From positions 1-60,501 of IMG/VR virus record IMGVR_UViG_3300028189_000001: 60,501 bases of DNA; one strand, 5' to 3'. The stretch comes from a virus. Its lineage: Duplodnaviria > Caudoviricetes. Below are positions 6,205 through 15,071 of the stretch, in pieces. Position 1 is the stretch's first letter. Every line of letters begins with the position of its first letter. The notes under the pieces were generated by a model. It saw nothing but the letters and a program-made list of their open reading frames with translations. It did not search any database and was not told where the DNA came from. The translations under genes and the position numbers were made by a program.

Positions 6205-8631
6205 ATGAAAATAACAATATTTAAAGACATAAGGGAGACAGAACAAAAACACATTGTTGATGTTGGGGTTATGTTAGAAAGGATTAAGAATGGGTCTAAG
6301 AGTAAAGACCTAATTAAATCTATTAGAGTTGAGAAGGATTCAACCAAGAGGCAACAACTAAAAATGAAGTTGCCCTCTATTTTATTCTCAGGAGAGTTTG
6401 TGGGTAGAAAAGATTCTGACATTGTAAATCATAGTGGGTTGATATGTTTGGACTTTGACAAGTACGATAGTCAAAAAGATATGCTATCAGATAAAGAGAA
6501 GTTTACCAAGGATAAGTTCACTTACTCAGTATTTATTTCTCCTTCAGGTAATGGATTGAAAGTGCTTGTTAAGATACCTAAAGATATACCTAATCATAAG
6601 CTATACTTCAATGCCTTACAGAAGTATTATAACAACCCACATTTTGATACCACATCTAAGAATATTGCAAGGGTATGTTATGAGAGTTATGACCCATTGA
6701 TTTTTACTAATGGTATTAGTAGTGTGTGGGAAAAGTATGAAGAGCCTGAGCACAGAGAGATAGAGTTGGATTCTAAAAGAAAGACCATTAAAATAACCGA
6801 CAAACCTAAAATAATAGATATACTTCAGAAGTGGTGGACAAAGAAGTATCCTATGATTGAGGGCGAGAGAAATAATAATGCGTATGTATTTGCCCAAGCT
6901 TGTAATGAGTTTGGAGTATACCCAGTGCAAAGCAAGAACGTGCTTTCAGAATATTGTGGCAATGGATTTTCTATTGAAGAGATGGAGAAGGTTGTTGATT
7001 CTGCTTACAGACAAACTGAAAAGAACAACACAAAATTTTATGAAGATGAGGATAGAATAAATAGAATTAAACAGCAAGTTAAATCAGGAGCACCAAGAAC
7101 AGAGATACACAGAAGTGCTGATGATGATATTGAATCAGACATAATAGATTCTATTATAGATGAAACGATTAATGAGGCTGATGAGTATTTGTTTTGGAGC
7201 ATAAGCGATAGAGGCGTTGTTCGGCTACAACCTAATACCTTTAAACATTTTTTGGAGGACAATGGGTATTATAAATATGCGATAGAAGGTTCAAATAATT
7301 ATACATTTGTTAAGGTAATCAACAATCTTATAGAGGCTACAGACGTTAATGATATAAAAGATTTTACCCTTAACTATCTTATTAAACTATCTAACATTGC
7401 AATCTATAATCACTTTGCTGATAGCACGAGGTACTTTACAGATAACTATCTAAGTCTAATAGATACAATTGATATATTCTTTATTGAGGATACTAAAGAC
7501 GTTAGCTATTTATACTATAAAGATTGTGCTATTAAAGTAACAAGTGGTGATGTTGAAATAATAGATTATATAGACTTAGGTGGCTATGTATGGAAAGACC
7601 ACATCATTGATAGAAACTTTAAAATAGTTAAGGTTGATAAACATTCTGACTATCCTAAATTTATTGGTAACATATCCAATAACAAAAGTGATAGACGCAG
7701 GTCAATGGAAAGTACAATAGGTTATCTTATGCATGGATATAAAACTCCATCGTATGCACCTGCTGTTATTCTTAATGATGAGATTATTTCTGACAACCCT
7801 GAAGGCGGTACTGGCAAGGGTATTTTTATGAACGCTTTATCTCATATGAAGAAGGTGGTTACTATTGATGGTAAGAGTTTTAGCTTTGAGAAAAACTTTG
7901 CTTATCAGTTAGTTAATTCAGATACTCAGATATTATTATTTGATGATATCAGAAAACACTTTCCTTTTGAAAGATTGTTTAGCGTGGTAACTGAAGGTAT
8001 TACTATAGAGAAAAAGAATAAGGACTCGGTTAAGGTTCCTTTTGAAAAATCTCCAAAGGTAGCTATCACTACTAACTATGCTATCAGAGGAGCAGGTAAT
8101 TCTTTTGTCAGAAGAAAGTGGGAACTAGAATTACATCAGTATTATAATGCAAATTATACACCACTAGATGAATTTGGTAAGATGCTTTTTTCAGATTGGG
8201 ATGATGACGAGTGGTCACAATTTGATAACTATATGATTTCTTGTTTGCAAGTGTACATGTCTCAGGGATTAGTATCTTCAAGCTTTGTTAATCTTAAGAT
8301 AAGACATTTGTCTGCCGAGACATCACATGATTTTGTGGAGTGGCTTGGGCTTGTAGATGAGGATAAGAATGACTTTAATAAATACTCAGTGGTTGGTTGT
8401 AAAATTAGCCTTAGTGAGGCTATGGGAGATTTCATATCTGATTATCCTGACTACCAAGCTAAGAGTAAGTTTGCTTTGTCATCTAAAAACTTCAAAAGTT
8501 GGTTCCAATCTTATGCTATATATAAGACTGGAGAAAAAGCTGAGAACGGAAGAGACGCTACAAGTAGATGGTTTAGGCTCAAAACGGAGCAGGAAATATC
8601 TGCTTCAGTACAAACTAAAATTAATATATAA
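6205..8631 (+). CDS. Primase(-polymerase)/SF3 helicase fusion (BT4734/VirE-N primase, PriCT, helicase)
   Basis: HSGLICLDFD, FISPSGNGLKV, GERNN; Walker A GGTGKG; Walker B LLFDD; ITTN. Confidence 0.88.
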   Translation: MKITIFKDIRETEQKHIVDVGVMLERIKNGSKSKDLIKSIRVEKDSTKRQQLKMKLPSILFSGEFVGRKDSDIVNHSGLICLDFDKYDSQKDMLSDKEKFTKDKFTYSVFISPSGNGLKVLVKIPKDIPNHKLYFNALQKYYNNPHFDTTSKNIARVCYESYDPLIFTNGISSVWEKYEEPEHREIELDSKRKTIKITDKPKIIDILQKWWTKKYPMIEGERNNNAYVFAQACNEFGVYPVQSKNVLSEYCGNGFSIEEMEKVVDSAYRQTEKNNTKFYEDEDRINRIKQQVKSGAPRTEIHRSADDDIESDIIDSIIDETINEADEYLFWSISDRGVVRLQPNTFKHFLEDNGYYKYAIEGSNNYTFVKVINNLIEATDVNDIKDFTLNYLIKLSNIAIYNHFADSTRYFTDNYLSLIDTIDIFFIEDTKDVSYLYYKDCAIKVTSGDVEIIDYIDLGGYVWKDHIIDRNFKIVKVDKHSDYPKFIGNISNNKSDRRRSMESTIGYLMHGYKTPSYAPAVILNDEIISDNPEGGTGKGIFMNALSHMKKVVTIDGKSFSFEKNFAYQLVNSDTQILLFDDIRKHFPFERLFSVVTEGITIEKKNKDSVKVPFEKSPKVAITTNYAIRGAGNSFVRRKWELELHQYYNANYTPLDEFGKMLFSDWDDDEWSQFDNYMISCLQVYMSQGLVSSSFVNLKIRHLSAETSHDFVEWLGLVDEDKNDFNKYSVVGCKISLSEAMGDFISDYPDYQAKSKFALSSKNFKSWFQSYAIYKTGEKAENGRDATSRWFRLKTEQEISASVQTKINI

Positions 8632-9008
8632 TGGAGTATAAACAAATTGTAAACCAGTTAGCAGGTCAGGCTTTAAGAGGGCTTGACTTTGCTGACATAA
8701 TAAATAATGTTATGAAGATGAATAACCGTAAAAAAATTGAAGTCTTATTAAAAGCTAGAAGGCATTTGATAGATGGTGATTACAGATTCATATGTACGTC
8801 TGTAAAAGCTGTTCTCCTGAATGATTCTGGAATAAGGGTTAGCTTAACTGATGTAGGAATAAAGTTCTTTCCTGAGCTGAGTGCTTACATCCCTATTAAA
8901 CCACATGAAAAACTCACAGGCTTAGAGGTAAGATTAAATATCATTGATACAATAATTGATATGATATTGTTTGAGGATAATGTAAAACTAATGTCAATAA
9001 AAAAATAA
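8631..9008 (+). CDS. Hypothetical protein
   Basis: ORF coupled to the primase stop. Confidence 0.6.
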   Translation: MEYKQIVNQLAGQALRGLDFADIINNVMKMNNRKKIEVLLKARRHLIDGDYRFICTSVKAVLLNDSGIRVSLTDVGIKFFPELSAYIPIKPHEKLTGLEVRLNIIDTIIDMILFEDNVKLMSIKK

Positions 9009-9011
9009 GTT

Positions 9012-9101
9012 ATGTTTAAATTTAAAATGAGTAACACCGAGACAGCAATTGTATGGCTGATTACAGCCGTTTGTATAACATTAATAATAATAAATAACTA
9101 A
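9012..9101 (+). CDS. Small hydrophobic peptide (29 aa)
   Basis: Translated by hand; exactly fills the intergenic gap. Confidence 0.35.
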   Translation: MFKFKMSNTETAIVWLITAVCITLIIINN

Positions 9102-9103
9102 AC

Positions 9104-9565
9104 ATGGAAATATTAAAAGCAATAGAAAAACTATTCGAGGGTAATTTAGAAATACTCGTTAAGAAAAATAATGACTATGCTTCATCAGAGCCTGAGAATT
9201 TCTTCAGGAACTTTGAGGCATCAGCTCATGTCGCAGGTATATCAGTAGAGCAAGGTATCATAGTTAGATTAATGGACAAGGTTTCTAGGATAAGTAATCT
9301 ACTAACAAAAGATGCTAAGGTAGAAGATGAGAAGATAACTGATACTATATCAGACCTCATTAACTATGCGGCTATACTATACGCCTACTTAGATAGGGAG
9401 CATAGCTTGTTTGAAAACTATAATCCTGATAGCGAAGATGATTGTGAGCCTAGTAATGAGGAGTTAGATAGTATGGTAATTGAAGACTTTTGTACAACAA
9501 CATTTACCTATAAAAAAGGTGATACCTGCTGTCATTCAAGTATAAATAAGTCAACAACTTATTAA
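9104..9565 (+). CDS. Nucleotide modification associated domain 1 (DUF1599-like) protein
   Basis: KKNNDYA, FRNF, IIVRLMDKVSRI, DTISDLINYA. Confidence 0.8.
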   Translation: MEILKAIEKLFEGNLEILVKKNNDYASSEPENFFRNFEASAHVAGISVEQGIIVRLMDKVSRISNLLTKDAKVEDEKITDTISDLINYAAILYAYLDREHSLFENYNPDSEDDCEPSNEELDSMVIEDFCTTTFTYKKGDTCCHSSINKSTTY

Positions 9566-9599
9566 TATTTTTTGTATCTTTACATCTTAATAAAATTTT

Positions 9600-9833
9600 A
9601 TGATAGAAATATTAAGCCACACCATTTTTAATGGGGAGAAAGGTAAGGATATTCCTTATCTTCACGAAATCAATTCGCAAGATGAATTGAATGAACACCG
9701 AGCCAAGCTTCTTAAGAAATACTTAGCCAAGAAACCTAAGGTACATCACATACAGCACAATAAAGAGAAACCTCTTCGTGTATTTTTTACATTAAGATAT
9801 TCTCCTGATGAAACGAGGAGGCTGCGTGGGTAG
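9600..9833 (+). CDS. Hypothetical protein
   Basis: ORF downstream of a promoter-like TATCTTTA at 9575. Confidence 0.6.
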   Translation: MIEILSHTIFNGEKGKDIPYLHEINSQDELNEHRAKLLKKYLAKKPKVHHIQHNKEKPLRVFFTLRYSPDETRRLRG

Positions 9834-10041
9834 TATATGGGATGATATGCGTAATCCAGCAGAACAGCTAGAGAGATTAAAGTCTATGCTTAAAGTTATG
9901 GAACGCAAGGTTCCTGCGAAGGGTCAGATAAAACGCAGGGGTCAAGAGGCACATATGGTATATAGGTTTAGAACAACATCTGACAATGAAATTAGAATTA
10001 AATTAAATAATAAAATAAAAGAATATGAAATACACAATTAA
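9808..10041 (+). CDS. Hypothetical protein
   Basis: ORF in operon. Confidence 0.5.
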   Translation: MKRGGCVGSIWDDMRNPAEQLERLKSMLKVMERKVPAKGQIKRRGQEAHMVYRFRTTSDNEIRIKLNNKIKEYEIHN

Positions 10042-10486
10042 AAAGGGGAGGCATTATGCCGCCTTTACAATCAACAGACTATTTCCATTTAGCAGTAGAA
10101 GTAAAGAGGGGAGTATAAAGTTTTCTAAAGAATGCCTAGAGGAAGGGGATATAAGTGGGTGGAATAAACTCACAGGCATAGCTAGTGCAGAGATTCATAA
10201 GAACTCAGGCAGATTAGTGTGGCGTTCTAACGGAAATTCAATAATGATATCAGGTTATGTCTATATGAATGGAGTAAGGAGAGAGATGTTAATCACAAGT
10301 ATAGATGTGGACAAATGGTATGACTTCAGTATTGAGTACTCTAACAAGGTTTGGAGGTTCAGTGTTAATGGTAGACAGATACTCATGTCTGGATATCTTC
10401 CTAGCAATGTACTAAACTTTAAGTGTTTCCCATACTTTGGAGGTCAGAGTGTAGCACCTCAGACTATGTATGTATGGGTTAAGTAG
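10025..10486 (+). CDS. Beta-jelly-roll protein resembling polysaccharide lyase family 14
   Basis: NKLTG...SGRLVWR...GYVY...YFGGQSVAP parallels the PL14 pattern GKLPG/R.MWR/Y.Y/FFGG. Confidence 0.5.
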   Translation: MKYTIKKGRHYAAFTINRLFPFSSRSKEGSIKFSKECLEEGDISGWNKLTGIASAEIHKNSGRLVWRSNGNSIMISGYVYMNGVRREMLITSIDVDKWYDFSIEYSNKVWRFSVNGRQILMSGYLPSNVLNFKCFPYFGGQSVAPQTMYVWVK

Positions 10487-10491
10487 TTCCG

Positions 10492-11724
10492 ATGGAGTTA
10501 AGAGACTATCAAGAAAAAATAAAGAACGAAGGGTTGAAAATCATTAGGCAACATCGCTTATTGTATCTATCAATGGAGGTGAGGACTGGAAAGACCCTCA
10601 CTTCCTTAAGTATAGCTCAAGAGCTAGGGGTAGATAATGTCCTCTTCATCACAAAGAAGAAGGCTATCTCTTCTATCAATGATGACTATGATAAGTTATG
10701 TCCTCACAACTTTTCTTTATTTATTATAAACTATGAGTCTATGCATAAGCTTTCCAAGATAAAATGGGATATGATTATATTGGATGAGGCTCATACGCTA
10801 GGTGCTTTCCCTAAGCCTAGCAAGAGAAGTAAGCAATTAAAAGACTTACTAAAAACTAATTATTCATTTGTGTGTTTGTTGAGTGGAACGCCTACACCTG
10901 AATCATACAGTCAAATGTATCATCAGGTGTATGGCATACCCACTAATCCTTTTAAACAGTACACAAACTTCTACAAATTCTGCCATGATTATGTAGATGT
11001 GAAGCAAAGAAAGATAAATGGTTTATATATCAATGATTATTCTAGAGGAAAGGATACAATACTTGATGCAATGAAACCATATACCATAAGCTACACTCAG
11101 AAAGCAGCAGGCTTTGAGTCTGAGATTCAGGAGGAAGTCTTATACGTTCCAATGAAACCAATTACCTACCAGTTAGTTAAGCGATTAAAAGATGATTTAA
11201 TTATTGAAGGTAAGTCAGGTGAGGTTGTCTTAGCAGACACAGCAGTTAAGTTGATGATGAAGCTTCATCAGTTGTACTCAGGCTCAGTTAAGTTTGAGTC
11301 AGGCAACTCTATGATAACCGACACCTCTAAGGCAGAGTTCATAAAAGAAAACTTTGCAGGTAAGAAGATAGGTATATTCTATAAGTTTAAGGCAGAGTTA
11401 GAAGTCCTCAAGGAAGTATACGGAGACAAGCTAACAACAGACTTGAAAGAGTTTGAAATTACAGACAAGAATATAGCCTTGCAAATTGTGTCAGGTAGAG
11501 AAGGCATCTCATTAAGATGGGCTGACTACTTGGTATACTACAACATTGATTTCTCAGCCACAAGTTATTGGCAGTCGAGAGATAGGATGACTACTAAAGA
11601 TAGGACTTTCAACAAGGTCTATTGGGTTTTTGCTGACAAAGGTATGGAGAAGGATATATACAAGGCAGTTACTAAAAAGAAGGACTACACGTTAAAACAT
11701 TTTAAACGAGACAATGAAGACTGA
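10492..11724 (+). CDS. SNF2-like superfamily 2 helicase
   Basis: LRDYQ, MEVRTGKT, ILDEAH, LSGTP, GREGISL, QSRDR. Confidence 0.9.
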   Translation: MELRDYQEKIKNEGLKIIRQHRLLYLSMEVRTGKTLTSLSIAQELGVDNVLFITKKKAISSINDDYDKLCPHNFSLFIINYESMHKLSKIKWDMIILDEAHTLGAFPKPSKRSKQLKDLLKTNYSFVCLLSGTPTPESYSQMYHQVYGIPTNPFKQYTNFYKFCHDYVDVKQRKINGLYINDYSRGKDTILDAMKPYTISYTQKAAGFESEIQEEVLYVPMKPITYQLVKRLKDDLIIEGKSGEVVLADTAVKLMMKLHQLYSGSVKFESGNSMITDTSKAEFIKENFAGKKIGIFYKFKAELEVLKEVYGDKLTTDLKEFEITDKNIALQIVSGREGISLRWADYLVYYNIDFSATSYWQSRDRMTTKDRTFNKVYWVFADKGMEKDIYKAVTKKKDYTLKHFKRDNED

Positions 11725-11959
11725 ACAACAAGTCCAAAGCAAACTCATTAAAGAGCTGGAAGCTAAGGGGTATTACGTTCTCAAGCTTGTCAAGACAAAC
11801 AAAAATGGAATACCTGATGTGTTGGCTATACCACCTGACAGTGACGTTGAGTTCTATGAGGTCAAGCGTAAGAATGGTAAAGCTTCTAAGCTTCAAGAGT
11901 ATAGATTAAAAGAACTAAACAATCTAAATATTAAAGCAGAAATATATAGAGGTGATTAG
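11714..11959 (+). CDS. VRR-NUC nuclease
   Basis: EQQVQ, GIPD, EVKR, SKLQ. Confidence 0.88.
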   Translation: MKTEQQVQSKLIKELEAKGYYVLKLVKTNKNGIPDVLAIPPDSDVEFYEVKRKNGKASKLQEYRLKELNNLNIKAEIYRGD

Positions 11960-11961
11960 CT

Positions 11962-12102
11962 ATGAAGAAAACTATTGAACACAAAATATGGTTTGAGTGT
12001 GACCATTGTCATACAAAGAGCAGGGATTATAAATTTATATCAACAACAGATGATGATAGCTTTGTAAGCTGTCCAGTCTGCACTAAACAAAATAGACTAT
12101 GA
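11962..12102 (+). CDS. Small Zn-ribbon protein (46 aa)
   Basis: Translated by hand; CDHC...CPVC; ATGA overlap with the next gene. Confidence 0.65.
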   Translation: MKKTIEHKIWFECDHCHTKSRDYKFISTTDDDSFVSCPVCTKQNRL

Positions 12103-12851
12103 GAAATTTTTTTGAAAGGCTAAGGTTTTATCTTAGCAGAATACCTGATTATACTACATTAAATTACATAGACAAAGATTCTGTTGTAATTGATGCTAAG
12201 AACATTACCTTTGGCAATATGCCTTGGAAGAAAGGGTGGACTAAAAGTTTTAACTCCAGTGACGGTGACCCATTTTTCAGACCTTCACGCCCTTGGAATA
12301 CCTCACTAAGTAAGCCGCAGAATTGTTATACTGAAGACGGTTTAATTAGATTAACATTCCCTAAGAACCAAATAAAAGATGCATATATGCAGTCTAACTT
12401 TACAATAAAGATAGGTACAGTCAAGGCAGTTGTTAAGGTTCCTAACGTTAAGTATGCGTGGTCAGCCTTCTGGTTATTTGGCGAGGATGGTATGCCTGAG
12501 TGTGATATGATGGAGCACTGTGGTTCTTGGAAAGATGAAGTATCAGTTACTCATCATTGGGGATATGACTATAACAATATTAGAGGCAAGAAGATGACCC
12601 ACAACAATGCTAGAACTAACAGAAAGTTTAAGCCAACTGAAAACTTTTACCTGTATGAGGTTGAGCTAACTCCTTATGAAGTTATATATCGTATCAACGG
12701 TATTGTGGTACGCAAAATGAAACAGGGTGTTCCTTCAGGAGGAAATAACATTATCTTTGATGTAACTCAAGGTAATTATTGCGACAATGGCATCCCAACA
12801 CAAGATGCAACGATGGAAATAAAACAAATAATTATAAATAAAATATCATAA
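12099..12851 (+). CDS. Glycoside hydrolase family 16 protein
   Basis: WSAFWL followed by catalytic E-C-D-M-M-E (ExDxxE); F..Y.VE.TP..V.Y.ING. Confidence 0.8.
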   Translation: MRNFFERLRFYLSRIPDYTTLNYIDKDSVVIDAKNITFGNMPWKKGWTKSFNSSDGDPFFRPSRPWNTSLSKPQNCYTEDGLIRLTFPKNQIKDAYMQSNFTIKIGTVKAVVKVPNVKYAWSAFWLFGEDGMPECDMMEHCGSWKDEVSVTHHWGYDYNNIRGKKMTHNNARTNRKFKPTENFYLYEVELTPYEVIYRINGIVVRKMKQGVPSGGNNIIFDVTQGNYCDNGIPTQDATMEIKQIIINKIS

Positions 12852-12856
12852 ACACA

Positions 12857-13378
12857 ATGAAAGAAACAGATTTAATTATTAAACTGGTAGAAAGAGAATT
12901 TAATATTGATAATATATTAACTAAGTCTAGAGAAAGACAATATATTGATGCAAGAATGTTTGCATATCAACTGATGAGAGACCTAGACTATAGTCTAGTA
13001 CAGATAGGTAGGCGTATGAACAAGAACCATGCTACCGTTTTGTGGGCTATCAAACAGTTTGGGTATATAAGAGAGTTTGATTTAGATGTTAGTAATAGAT
13101 ACGATAGCTTGTATGTAAAATTAAAAGAAGATTATGAATTGGTTTTAGATACCAACAGAACCAATGATAATCTTAATGATATGCTTAAGAGAAAGCTTGA
13201 TAAGGTTATTCAGGATAATGAAAGAATAACTAAACTCTACTCTGAATTAAAAGAAACAAAGGAAGAGACAGAGTTTGATGATGTATTTAAACTCATTCGT
13301 TCTAAGCTTAATCCTAGGAATAAGGAAGCCTTTTACATAAAAGCAAACGGCATACTTAATGGATTAATAGATAAATAA
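12857..13378 (+). CDS. DnaA C-terminal-like HTH DNA-binding protein
   Basis: KSRERQYIDAR...SLVQIGRRMNKNHATVL. Confidence 0.8.
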   Translation: MKETDLIIKLVEREFNIDNILTKSRERQYIDARMFAYQLMRDLDYSLVQIGRRMNKNHATVLWAIKQFGYIREFDLDVSNRYDSLYVKLKEDYELVLDTNRTNDNLNDMLKRKLDKVIQDNERITKLYSELKETKEETEFDDVFKLIRSKLNPRNKEAFYIKANGILNGLIDK

Positions 13379-13380
13379 TT

Positions 13381-13572
13381 ATGACAAAAATTCCGAGTAC
13401 AGACAAGAGTAGGTTAACCCATATTAATTTTACGACCAATGATTTATACAACAGTGTAGATATAATATCGGAGGCGTTAGTAGATAAGGATTATACCGTG
13501 GCAAAGATGGAGGCACAAGAGTTAATTAAAAAATGCAAAACACTAGCCGATTCTATTATGGGTCGCATATAA
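13381..13572 (+). CDS. Hypothetical protein
   Basis: ORF in operon. Confidence 0.6.
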   Translation: MTKIPSTDKSRLTHINFTTNDLYNSVDIISEALVDKDYTVAKMEAQELIKKCKTLADSIMGRI

Positions 13573-13583
13573 AACTATAAACT

Positions 13584-14690
13584 ATGAGCAGTAAAAGAAT
13601 GAGATTACAGCCTATTGAGGCTCAAATACTAGGAAAAAATACAATGATTAAAGAAAAGGGCAGGGGTACTGTCCGTGCATATCTCAATGAAGAGGAGCAA
13701 AATAAACTATCACAGATTCGTGAGAGTGATTCTGCATTTGAGAATGAATGTAAAGCCCTAGGCATTGAACCTCACACTGTAAGTAATTATTGGTATAAAG
13801 GAAAGCATTTTTCTATACACACCAAGCCTAACCAAACAAACATTGAAGATATTAAGGATGATATTATCTCTCAGATGAATGAGCATTCTCCTAAGTATAA
13901 GAAAGTGTTTCATAGCTCTAAACCTAACCCACACCTGTTAGTTATTGACCCTGCTGATATTCATGTAGGTAAGTTAGCCACAGCTATGGAATCAGGAGAG
14001 GAATACAATATGCAGATAGCAGTGCAAAGAGTTTTGGATGGAGTTCAGGGTATATTGGATAAGTCTAAAGGGTTTCATATAGACCAAATTCTTTTAGTGG
14101 GTGGTAATGATGTGTTACACATTGACTCACCCTCAAGAAAAACCACATCAGGCACACCTCAGGATACAGATGGGATGTGGTATGAGAATTTTATGATGGC
14201 TAAACAGTTATATGTAGATGTAATTGAGATGCTTGCAACCCACGCACCATTACACTTTGTGTTCAATCCCTCTAACCATGATTATATGTCAGGATTTTTT
14301 TTAGCGGACGTTATTAAGTCTTGGTTTAGGCAACACCCTCATGTCTCATTTGACACCTCTGTAGCTCATCGTAAGTATTTTCGGTATGGTAACTCATTAA
14401 TTGGAACAACGCACGGTGACGGAGCTAAGAATGCGACCCTGCCTATCCTAATGGCTCAAGAAGCTCCTAAGGATTGGGCATTCACTAAGCATAGATATAT
14501 CTACACTCATCATCTGCACCATAAGATTGCACAAGATGTAGTTGGTGTGACAATAGAAGCATTAAGAAGTCCGTCAGCTACAGACAGTTGGCATCATAGG
14601 AATGGATATCAGCACGCACCTAAGGCTGTTGAAGGATTCCTCCATCACCCTGAGCACGGTCAGGTTGCGAGGTTAACTCATATATTCTAA
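13584..14690 (+). CDS. Calcineurin-like metallophosphoesterase
   Basis: DIHVG, GGND, SNHD, THGD, HHLHH. Confidence 0.85.
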   Translation: MSSKRMRLQPIEAQILGKNTMIKEKGRGTVRAYLNEEEQNKLSQIRESDSAFENECKALGIEPHTVSNYWYKGKHFSIHTKPNQTNIEDIKDDIISQMNEHSPKYKKVFHSSKPNPHLLVIDPADIHVGKLATAMESGEEYNMQIAVQRVLDGVQGILDKSKGFHIDQILLVGGNDVLHIDSPSRKTTSGTPQDTDGMWYENFMMAKQLYVDVIEMLATHAPLHFVFNPSNHDYMSGFFLADVIKSWFRQHPHVSFDTSVAHRKYFRYGNSLIGTTHGDGAKNATLPILMAQEAPKDWAFTKHRYIYTHHLHHKIAQDVVGVTIEALRSPSATDSWHHRNGYQHAPKAVEGFLHHPEHGQVARLTHIF

Positions 14691-14693
14691 TAG

Positions 14694-15068
14694 ATGACAG
14701 AGGAATTCAAACGTGGTACTATGGATTTATTTGTCTCCATATTTGATGGAACTTATGTATCCGTTCCCAACCAGAAAGATTTAGTAGAGGTGTTTGATTC
14801 CAATGGAAGTCTTATTGCTACAGCTTTGATAGTGGAGGGGGAAGGAGAGATAAAAGACTCCTATCCCCTCACTATCTCAGCACGAAAGCTCTTGCCTACA
14901 CTATCCAACCGAATGACAGTCGTAATTATATGGAGCTGTTCAGATGGTATAATATATGGGAGGCTCAATCAAATTGAAGGCTCCATAAAGTGGGCAGGTC
15001 ACAAAAATTATGGTGAACCTGCCTGTTATTTTTATAAACAAACTAACTTGAAGTACAAGAAAGTATAA
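14694..15068 (+). CDS. Hypothetical protein (possible degenerate PD-(D/E)XK fold)
   Basis: Last + strand gene, convergent with the giant gene. Confidence 0.6.
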   Translation: MTEEFKRGTMDLFVSIFDGTYVSVPNQKDLVEVFDSNGSLIATALIVEGEGEIKDSYPLTISARKLLPTLSNRMTVVIIWSCSDGIIYGRLNQIEGSIKWAGHKNYGEPACYFYKQTNLKYKKV

Positions 15069-15071
15069 AGC

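Noticed and set aside
9803-9821. Hammerhead-like CTGATGA/GAAAC words
   Set aside because: The words overlap with no stem II and lie within coding sequence
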